Below are positions 12,661-23,900 of a stretch of DNA of 64,000 bases, piece by piece (within the stretch, counting starts at the first letter, position 1; every line of letters starts with the position of its first letter). The DNA comes from Owenia fusiformis (Eukaryota). Where the stretch lies: NCBI GenBank assembly GCA_903813345.2, contig CAIIXF020000001.1:9858001-9922000 (forward strand), in the 5' to 3' direction. The position numbers and the translations under genes are program-made. The notes beneath the pieces were generated by a model. The model was not told where the DNA came from. It was given only the letters and a program-made list of their open reading frames with translations, and did no database searches.

Positions 12661-13285
12661 CAGGGTGGGGCAAAAATATGACCACATATCAAAATTCTAC
12701 CTTACTCAATCTACAGATGAGCTATTGTTGATATCTTGTCACATGTACTTTATTTGATAAAGAAGTTTATTATATGCTGAAAGAAAGATTTTAATATGTA
12801 TTAAAAAATTATTTTCAAATACTAACGATTTATACATGTCAGTCATAGGGGTCGTTTTACAAATTTTCATTTTGTATTCAGTTCTGTGTATTATGATGAT
12901 TTGGTCTATCTTTTGCCAACATAATTTAATTTATTTCTAAATCTTCTTCAGGTAAACTGAATCGGAAGATTTAGAAATAAATTGAAAATTTGTAATCTCA
13001 AATATTTTTATGTTTTAAACACTTAATAACATTATACATTTTGCCAACATGATAATACTATTTGACACTTCATAATTCTATTTATTCATTTATTATTATT
13101 TTTTAGAAATGACAACAAAATAATGAAATTGTTAGATTAAAAACTATTTTTAATAAAAGATATTTTATTATTTAATTGTGTTGCGAGATGTGATAGGATT
13201 TTTTCTAAGGTTTCAACCATGAAGAATCATCATCTGAGTTTAAGGTAGTTCATTATATATGATGTCATGATTTTTGCCCACCCTG
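12661..13285. mobile_element. Tc1/mariner-type MITE, TA TSD
   Basis: ta|cagggtggggcaaaaatatgac ... gtcatgatttttgcccaccctg|ta. A perfect 19-bp internal inverted repeat lies at 12928-12983. Confidence 0.8.
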
Positions 13286-14030
13286 TATATTGAATAAACT
13301 TCAGAGGCTGATTGGAAAGAATGTTGATTTTGTAAGAGAAACTGTTTTGATCTGGTATTATCATATTTTTAAATTGTATTATTTAATAGGTTTATTTTGT
13401 TTTCATTGAATAATCCCTGACTAATAACACTATTGATGTCGGATAAACATGTTCCTCTATAAGAATGATTTATGATATTTTCATCAATAACGGTAGATTT
13501 AATATTCTTTCCGGAAGATAAAGCATTTTGATATGATATTTGTTTTCGTAAGTATTGCCTAATTGTAGCTCAAACTATTACGCATGTTTCATGTGTTTTT
13601 TGTTTTGCTTGCCATGCATCACTGATTTATAAAGTATCCTTGATAAAAAGCCCTGATATAAGAACATACTGAAGTGAAAAGATCTATCATGGAATAATTT
13701 TCTCACAATTCAATTAAGCACAAACATACCATCATAGAAATCTTGACAAAATCATTAGGCGCAAACAAATATTGTTCATCAGTAACCATGGTAATATGTC
13801 ACGATCTGTCCGAACTGTGCATGTCCAGAGTTGTTTTAAGTGAACTAAACATAAACAAGCAAGGTCCTACATGACGGACAGTCACCTCAATAAAACCAAA
13901 TCTCTCATAATTCACAGTAGTATGTTCATCAATAAGAAAACATAATAATAAAATCGGTGAAGCATATCTCAGAAAAATATGTTGTGAAAATTCTGTTTGG
14001 ATACAGCCTTCTTACATTAGCTTTGATTCA

Positions 14031-14144
14031 TCCAAGGAGGATTGGCTCCCAGAGTGCAACATCGATATTCTGTCCCATATATGGAAAAACTCACAGGAAA
14101 TGATCTACATATTGTTTCGAATCTGGGAGCCAATCCTCCTTGGA
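14031..14144. repeat. 114-bp foldback/MITE-like element with perfect 23-bp TIR
   Basis: tccaaggaggattggctcccaga / tctgggagccaatcctccttgga; no clean TSD. Confidence 0.7.
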
Positions 14145-14169
14145 ATCATCCGCACATAAGTTTTATATA

Positions 14170-14347
14170 CAAGGGGTAATTCAAAAGTAAGGTGACTGTA
14201 TTTGCCATTTCAATCATTTTAACCAATTTCCTTAAAATTCACAAAGGATGCGTGTTATCTATTTATACATTATGACCCAATTTCAATATCTGATTCTGAC
14301 TTATGACCATTTTGTAGTTGCTATAGTAACTTTTGGATCACCCCTTG
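14170..14347. mobile_element. Small Tc1/mariner-type MITE, TA TSD
   Basis: ta|caaggggtaattcaaaagt ... acttttggatcaccccttg|ta. Confidence 0.7.
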
Positions 14348-14900
14348 TAGTAGAATATGATTGTATAAAATATTATAAAACAAGGCACTTGTTAAAGTCC
14401 CTGTCAATTCTAACAGTACTGCAATGTTTATGAAGCATTACTACAGTATAAGATGCATTAGTCCAAAGGCATACTACATTGTACTTGACACATACATGTA
14501 TAACAAATGTTTGTGAAATTTAATTTTGTCCATCGTATTTACTATCTCTTGTAGAGGTGTTTGCTTCTGCAAGCATTGGATGACAAAAGATGAATTTGAG
14601 TGTATTGGTTGGAAACTACCCTGCAAAAATTCTGAGGTATTTTCTGTAAGAAATTCTAAAGACTATGAACTTTCATGAATGAAAGAACCTCGTAACGACA
14701 CAATGTTTGTAATAATTAAATCCATCTCACAGTATATGATAGAAATTATTGTGCTTTTTCTGTGCATGAACACAAACTGTTTTTTTCAAGAAAACAATGT
14801 AATACATTTGTAATTAATAAGACCTTTTACAAGGAGTTCAACTGAATGCAGATTTTATCATTAATATTAAACTAATGCGTATAAATCCTAAAACATATTA

Positions 14901-17900
14901 TTAATACATTGTTCTATCTTCTTCCTCATTGTTGTTATTGTGGAACGCATTATTTGGACTGAAAGCTGGATTATCGTAGATAATTGAAATGTTGAATGCT
15001 TGAGTTGTGCTCGGGTTTGTTTGAAATCTCCCCGATTCATCCTGTTTGTGGTTATCTGGCATCTCAACGGAGACGAGTACCCCAGAGCAAATGTTCATGA
15101 TTGCCACTATGATGATAATCCCAGCACTATAGTGCAGTCCCCAGGGTGTGTCTTTGGTCCATTCTTGTGAGATCACTGCAACCCAGATTGAGATCAGCAC
15201 TAAGTCGAACACCGCTGAAAGTAATAAATCAGTTTATGTTATCAGTTGGTTTTACGTCAGTGCTGTGGAGGGAGGTTGTAGCATATGTGTAAAGACAAAC
15301 TCCTTGTGAATTAATGTTGTATTTGTATGATTCAAGATTAATTAGGTATTTTTCTAGAATTCTGCAAAACATCAACTTGACACATTGAATAGAATATATT
15401 ATTTTCCCATCTGCATCAAACAATTTGAGTAGGGAAATAGAGAATATGTTCATTCATCTATATGTCTCTTCATCCACCATCCATTCTCTTGTCCATTTGT
15501 ATGTCTGGGAGTTAATTCAAATACTGGTTGTTGGATTTGGTTCTTTATAGGCTGAGGTCTTATGAGCATAAAACCTCTGCTTGTGAATAAGTTTCCATTT
15601 TTCTGATCAAAATACCCATTATGTATCATAAAAATACAGATTTTATATGCTATGCCTTATGGCATATTACTCTGCTCAGGAAGGACTTTTCAGGATGGCT
15701 GTTGAATTCAAAATGGTAGTAAATACCAGTTTCCAATTTAAGTCCAAATGTTATAGATAAAATGACTTTGCATTGGACTTCTTCTCGAGAAGGAGTTTCA
15801 TCATGTCATATCATGGGTGTTGATTTTGCCAAAAGGAGAAAATACTACAGCCTTGTTATTTTCATCATGTATTATGTTCAAAAGGACAACTCGGTTAAAG
15901 AAGTCTTGTTTGTTGGGACTTGCAACTCCAGGGATTTGTTGTTTATCAAGTTGTTCATCATATTTCTAGTAAACAATACTTTTATGTACATATAATAAGG
16001 CTAAGGTAGGTTAATGTGTTTTCTGACAAAGCTTTTATTTCTCATGTTTCTTAAAAGCTCAACAACAAGCGAGGGATTCATTTTTTATTAATACTTACTG
16101 CAGACATGAATGGTTGTTATTTGTTAGGACAAATGTGAAAAATAGTATCCATGCATAAGACTGACCAGTATATTAACTGACCCGAGCTTAAGGTTAGATA
16201 CAGTGGACAGTTGTATATTATTGATCAGGGAAAATATTCTTTTAGTTTATGTTTTTGTTTTGCATTGGCAAAGTGAATCTCGAGAAGCAGAATATTAATT
16301 GAATAAAACTTATCGATTTGCTTCATAAACAAGTTCTCCGTACATACCTGCAATGAAGGAGAATCCTGTGGTATGAGAAAGATATTTCCTATTGAATTTC
16401 TTCATGTACATCCATAGGTTGAAGAAGGCCAAGATGATGGCACACTGGGAGACAAGTGCCATACCCGCTGTTAGGATGCTCTTCATATACGTTAGAAGCC
16501 AAACTGAAAGCAATTTGAATACGTATTACATACGTTTTAAAAAATGTATAATTGCCTTGATATATAAAATTTAATTTTGTCATGAATCGACCTGTAGCTT
16601 GTTCATTTCTGACACAAAAATTAAAGAGGCATAAATGGAATTTGCTGTGTTTGAAAGTCAAGTATGTCGGTCTAGAATAATTTCTTCTTGCCTCAAATCT
16701 CTGGTCTAGAATTAAATTCAAATATATTCAAGGAATGGGATGAAATAACACAGTTTGATTTTGCTTTGTTAAAAGAGAGTTTCATCTACACTCCTTGTGT
16801 TAAAGATAATCATTTATTCTGGCCTTAACCAATTAAAATACTGAGAATACGGTTGATAAAAAGGTCCAGATATCCAATCAAAATAGAATTCAATTAATTT
16901 TATACCTCATAGGTACCTGGCATTCATTTTGTAAAGAAACTCTCATTAAAAACCATGACAGGTCCATTTTAGGCCATTAAGATCTTAGCAGTATATGACA
17001 CTCAGGGCAGCTTGATGCAATACCAGATTTTCTAAGTTGATTGTATCCATGTGAACTGACATGGACTGACACATCAGGTTGATTGTCAGACTGGACAATC
17101 AATTAATGATACATATGTATGTAAATATTGACTATATCTCATAATTACATGCATCAGTAGATAAAGATGTGTAATTGTAATTATACGAACATATCTGTTT
17201 AAGCAAAATATGGCAAATGTAATGAAGGGTGAACGAACATATCATTACCTGTAAAACAATAATTCAGTGCTAAATGCTGTGTTTGACATTCACACAACAT
17301 CATTGTTAAAATGATTAAAAAAACGTATTCCATATTTTTTTAAAAACAAGGCTTGCGATACAGGTTCAACGCACCTCCATGTATTGATTTTACAGTACTT
17401 TCAAACCATAACTGCAAATTTTTTTATGTTTGATCTTCAACTTAATATAATAAAAAACAGATAAAAATCTGTTAGTGTTGATTTAGTTTTAAAACTACTT
17501 GCGTAATATATCATTTATGTTTGTCTAAAGAGAGCATTCAGTCCATTGATATCAACTTTCATATGTCTAGAATAAATATGCCATTAAATTAAAGGAAATT
17601 ATTTGCAATAATGTTATTATTTTTACATGATTCAAGTAGGCAAGTCAAACAAAATTAATGGAGATGTTATTTTCAGGTAAAAAGGTCCCATTAAAATAAC
17701 ATAAAGTATGAAATATTGGCAGGAATAATCCCACATCAAAGTGTAACAAATTTTTACTTTTCAAATTTTCGATTCTTTGTAGTTCTGTGCCATTGTATCA
17801 GTTTTCTTACAGTTAACACAATGAGAAAGTGTTTTCCAGTTTGGTTGATAAGTAGTATACTTACATGAATGTATGTGACACTAAAGGAGTAGGCAGAATC

Positions 17901-20900
17901 ATGTAAACTGTTCGATTTTGTGAGATTTCTTTTTGCTTTCATTTGTTTACATTTTTCTCACCTTACTTTTGAAGAGCTATCTTGACCTACATTCAATTAC
18001 TCGTTTTTTTCGGTCAATTTCGGCATGATAATAACCAATGAAGATTGGTTTATGTTATATTTATTTAGTTTATACATTTATCTAGTTAATTATATACTAA
18101 ACATGTATTAATGTTACATTAGATAGCACAGATTATGAGTTCTAAATGAAGCCAGTTATTTTGCACTATTCATATCCTGATTGCATCATAATAATTGTAC
18201 ACCAGTCTTGTCCTGTCCAGGGGCCTAGGTATTGCATCAGCCCATTAATCACTTGATAGGTTCGTGTGCAAAACCTAGTACATGTTACATACATGTCTGG
18301 GGTATAAATAGAGACGACCAGGTGACTCAGCAGGCATTTTCTAGCTGGAACTGAGCGAGGACAGGCCTGTGTGCCTCCAGGAATTGACGCTTGATGGACT
18401 TAGGCTAATTCTACCCATATATCTGATGGACTTAGAAGATTTTCATCACATATATTGAGGGACTTAGATGATTTTACCCTGGTATATTTAGAGGATCTTA
18501 GGCAGATTCGACATACCCGTTGAGGGACTTAGAGGATTTTATCCTGGTATACTTCGAGGATCTTAGGCAGATTCGACAAACCCAGTGAGGGACTTTGAGG
18601 ATTTTACCCAGAGGTATTTAGAGGATCTTGGACAGATTCAACACACCTGTAGAGACGGAGTGGATTTTTAGGTAGAGGTATACTTAGAGGCATACCTGTA
18701 GATGGACTTAGCAGATTCTAGGTTGATGCAATTAGAGGATATTACCTTGAGGGACTTAGCCAATATTCACCATAGTTGCCTGGAGTTTGATGCCCAGAGG
18801 AACTTAAGGAATATTCACGTATATATTGAGGGACTTAGAATATTCATAGCTGGCTAGAGGAACTTTGTAGATCTCCCTACATCTACAACTTGATGAACTT
18901 AGAATATTACCAGCTTGAGAGACAGAATATTCATCGCTGGTTAGAGGAACTTTGTAGATTTCACACATCTATAACTTGATGGACTTGGAATATTCACCAG
19001 CTTGAGGGACTTAGAATATTCATTGCTGGCTAGAGGAACTTTGTAGATTTCCTACATCTACAACTTGAACTTAGAATAATACCAGCTTGAGGGACTTAGA
19101 ATATTCATTGCTGATTAGAGGAACTTTGTAGATTTCCTATATCTATAACTTGGTGGACTTAGAATATTTGCCAGCTTGAGGGACTTAGAATATTCATCTC
19201 TACCTAGAGGAACTTATCTACAACTTGATGAACTTAGAATATTCATCGCTGATTAGAGGAACTTTGTAGATTTCCTACATCTTCAGTTTGATAGACTTAG
19301 AGTGTTCACAACTCATCTGATGAACTTAGATTATATCGCCAACTTGGTGGACTTAGAATATGCATCGCTCAGCTGATGAAAAACTATATTAGTGATGAAC
19401 ACTTTTATATATAGATAAATATACAAGTATAATTGCATAAAGGACTTATAATTAGTACCTCTGAAACTGAAACTTAGTATCAATTGTCGATTTGTGTTGT
19501 ATTATTTTGAGGCGGATGAAGCCAGAATATATGTTGTTAATTTTATATTAAATATTGTGTCTCTTTATTCATGCGTACATTTAATGTGTACCAAGTATCC
19601 TACGAAGTAACCTGGTCTGATTAATAACAACATCCACACTACCACAAATCAGGCCAGACGTTACACTGGTGGCAGCGGTGGGATTGTGTGAATTTCAAGA
19701 TACAATATTAGAATTGACACCATATTAAGAGTATGGAGAAAGAGCAGGATGTTCCATCTCCTCCAGTTGTGGAGGACATGACAGACATGGAATCAGAGAC
19801 CATTCGAAAGACCGACAAAGTTGGTATAGATAACCCTAGAGTGAATGATAATACCATGCCCGTGCCGGGATATGACCTTACTCAAGGAGAGTCTCCAGGA
19901 CCCAGACTGAAGACTGTGAAACTGGATACAAGAGAGATGGGATTACCCAGTCTTTGGAGTACAGGGTACTGGACAGGGAAAGTCTTAGACACTTCTCCCA
20001 TCAGTAGTGATGATGAAGAACCTCAGAGGAGGCATAGATTTCCTCTCACTTCAACTGCAGCTGATATTGAATCAGTTAGTTTCAGAGAAAAGGGGGACAG
20101 AATGAGACAAAACTTAAATTGGATCCAGGGAAAGTTGGAATCCAGAATGGATGTATTGAGTGAGGCTATGATAGCTCAACAGAAACAGATGCAAAAACTA
20201 GCCGAGACCCAACAGGAATGTATGACACAAGTAGTCAATACCCAGAAGAGTCTCATGCTAGGACTTACTGAGTCTCAAAAGACTCAGATACAGAATATTC
20301 GTCAGATTGCAGAACAAGTTCGATGTAGCCAGGACAACCAAGAGGCACAGTTTCAGGGCCTGAAGGGTCAGATGAAAAATTTTCAACAGACCATGGAGAA
20401 TTCTATCATTGAAAAGCTTCAGCATAGCCTTTCTATTGAATTAGGTGCACCTGATACATCAGAGAAGCCACAACTGCTTGGTAATGTTCGAAGTCATTCA
20501 TCACATGTAGCTCAGACTCAGTCTCCTGTGATTTCTGCTGGAAGGGATGAATATCCAACAGTTAGAACTCAACTGACCATTAGGTCTAAGGACAGTTTCA
20601 CACAAACCCCACTGGCTTCAGGTGTAAAAAGGCCCCAGAAGCTAATTAGGCAAGGTAGAAATTCCTTGAGACCTGGTGAAGAACTGATGGAGCACCATGC
20701 TAAAGGTCTTACCCAGCAACCTAAAGACCTAGAAGGATTAAGTCAGGTCGAGTACAGGCTAGGAAGTGAACAGGCTGACTTCACCTCTGCTCAAAACTTC
20801 CCACGGTACCCCGATGAGGAGATTGATAATTTGACGAGGTATATACCGCCAAAGGTAGCTTCTAATTTGAATCAGGCCAATACAGTGGATGATGGACTTG

Positions 20901-23900
20901 TTAAGACAGAGACCACCAATGGTTCTGATCTATCTACAGAGCTCATCAAGATGTGTTCGAAGCTATGTGATAAAGTTTCAAAAGATAACTCTGAAAAGGC
21001 CAGTAAAAGCAGAATTAAGCCAGATGTTTACAATGGAACGACACCATGGCAGGACTATAGAGCCTACTTTGAGATTTGTGCCGAGGCAAATAATTGGACG
21101 GAAGAAGACAAGAGACGATTCTTGGCCACAAGCCTCCGTGGCCCTGCCCAGCAAATGGTTCTGGAGTTGGGCCAAGATTACAGTTATGAGCAACTTCTGC
21201 TTGCTTTAGAAAAACGCTTTGGTCCAGGGGGCAAGGCCGAAGTTTACGAGGCTGAGCTGGTAGGTCGAATTCGTAAGCCCAAGGAAACCTTGCAAAGTTT
21301 AGGCCAAGATATAAGAAGACTTACGTCCTTGGCATACCCTGAAATGAGCCGAACTGCACAAGACCGTCTGGCTAGACGCAGCTTTGAGCAGGCTATACTT
21401 GAGGAGGAGATAAGACGGGCTATACGTACAAAGGATTGCAGTACGCTAGATAAAGCCATTGAAGTAGCCCTTAAAGAAGAATCATATATGGAATCTGAGA
21501 GGATACGAAAGGGCCAAAAACCTAAGTGGAGCCAAGTAAATGCCCTGGAGGATAAAGATGATGAACTACAAAAACTTGTCAAGCTAGTTGAGGGCATTAA
21601 GTTGGACACTCAGAAAAGCATACAAACAGAGTGTAGCCGAAACTTAGGAAAAATGATAGAATTACTGGCCAAACCGAATAAGACTGAAACTGAGACGACT
21701 GGTCAACCTGTTAGAAAATTTAAGTGTTTTTATTGTAATAAGATTGGTCACAAAATAGCAGATTGTTACTCAAGAAAACGTGCAGAAGAACAGACTAAAG
21801 AAACCCCAGAGAAATCTAGCCAAGTAGCAACAGTGAGATTCCAATTGTTACAGGGGAAAAATGTAAAGTCCTACAAAGACACTCAGAAGATAGTTGCCCA
21901 TGGGAGAGTATGTGACACAGATGTTGCATTTTTGGTGGACTCTGGGGCAGTTAGCACCATCCTTAGTTCAGAGGTTTACCGAAAGATCCCTGAACACAGA
22001 AGACCCAAGATGGAGCCACCAAAGAAGATCATTGTACAAGCTGGTGGAGAACCTTTGGGAGTAAAAGGCGTTGTACAAACAGGTGTCAGTCTTGATAATC
22101 ATGAAGAAACTTTAACTGTAGTGGTGGCAGACATTCAGTTTGATGGAATTTTGGGTACAGATTACTTGGCTGCTTCCAGTGCCATATTAGACTATGGTCA
22201 GGGTACAATGACTATGGGACCAGAGAATTCAAAAATTGCCCCCGCACGAGCCCTTGAAGTAACAATTTCCAATGATCAACACAGAAGAATCGAGGACAGG
22301 AGGTTTGCTGGACCAGAACCTACAAGTGAGGTGTTGCAACCACAAAGATCTCCAATGAGAGTGACCTTGGGATTAGGAGATAGATCCCATTTTAGAGGAC
22401 CGAGCAATATCAGGGGCAAGAGATTGTGCCAATACACAGGGGACAGAGAAGGTTATGACTGTAATCCTTCCAGTAATGTGTGCATGACCAGGTCTTGTCC
22501 AGTTAAAGTGCCACGAGCAAGAGTTTATAGGGGAAGGTATCACAGGACTCGACAAAGGAGTGAAACAGATAGTGATTGGCGAAACTACCATTATTCTTCG
22601 AACATGAAACACTAGCTTGAGTGCAGAGCCTGGGTTACTTATTTCCTGCAAGGACATTTAGCCTAAGTATAATTTTGTAATACTTAGTAGAGATCATGAT
22701 ACTTAGATAGGGTTGTAACTTGTGGAAAGTTACTTTTGTATGGAAATTATTAGATAGTTAGATAGATACTTGTGTTAAGGTTTGAGATAAACCAGAGTTA
22801 GAGAACTTTCATTGTACATTACATTGGTAGTTAACCCCGGGGTTATACACATTTTGTAAGTTTGTATTATAGCTAGTTAGGAAAATTTGTTATCTTTTGT
22901 GTACTTAGGCTTGGTGTTGTTAACACCAAAATCATTGGATGGGAGGAGTGTAACAAATTTTTACTTTTCAAATTTTCGATTCTTTGTAGTTCTGTGCCAT
23001 TGTATCAGTTTTCTTACAGTTAACACAATGAGAAAGTGTTTTCCAGTTTGGTTGATAAGTAGTATACTTACATGAATGTATGTGACACTAAAGGAGTAGG
23101 CAGAATCATGTAAACTGTTCGATTTTGTGAGATTTCTTTTTGCTTTCATTTGTTTACATTTTTCTCACCTTACTTTTGAAGAGCTATCTTGACCTACATT
23201 CAATTACTCGTTTTTTTCGGTCAATTTCGGCATGATAATAACCAATGAAGATTGGTTTATGTTATATTTATTTAGTTTATACATTTATCTAGTTAATTAT
23301 ATACTAAACATGTATTAATGTTACATTAGATAGCACAGATTATGAGTTCTAAATGAAGCCAGTTATTTTGCACTATTCATATCCTGATTGCATCATAATA
23401 ATTGTACACCAGTCTTGTCCTGTCCAGGGGCCTAGGTATTGCATCAGCCCATTAATCACTTGATAGGTTCGTGTGCAAAACCTAGTACATGTTACATACA
23501 TGTCTGGGGTATAAATAGAGACGACCAGGTGACTCAGCAGGCATTTTCTAGCTGGAACTGAGCGAGGACAGGCCTGTGTGCCTCCAGGAATTGACGCTTG
23601 ATGGACTTAGGCTAATTCTACCCATATATCTGATGGACTTAGAAGATTTTCATCACATATATTGAGGGACTTAGATGATTTTACCCTGGTATATTTAGAG
23701 GATCTTAGGCAGATTCGACATACCCGTTGAGGGACTTAGAGGATTTTATCCTGGTATACTTCGAGGATCTTAGGCAGATTCGACAAACCCAGTGAGGGAC
23801 TTTGAGGATTTTACCCAGAGGTATTTAGAGGATCTTGGACAGATTCAACACACCTGTAGAGACGGAGTGGATTTTTAGGTAGAGGTATACTTAGAGGCAT

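Larger units (their letters stand above)
17742..19665 (+). repeat. 5' LTR of element 1 (1924 bp)
   Basis: Direct repeat of 22949-24872 with no difference seen by eye; TG...CA ends. Confidence 0.95.

Noticed and set aside
17754-17942. 62-aa ORF duplicated at 22961-23149
   Set aside because: Chance ORF in the U3 part of the LTR; no counterpart in element 2.
19733-22615. Domesticated Arc/PEG10-like host gene
   Set aside because: Flanked by identical LTRs and a TSD, so it is a recently mobile element rather than a fixed host gene.
22615-22948. Frameshifted or read-through pol or env
   Set aside because: Only ~330 bp (~300 bp in element 2) remain before the PPT; AT-rich, with no RT/IN motifs seen.
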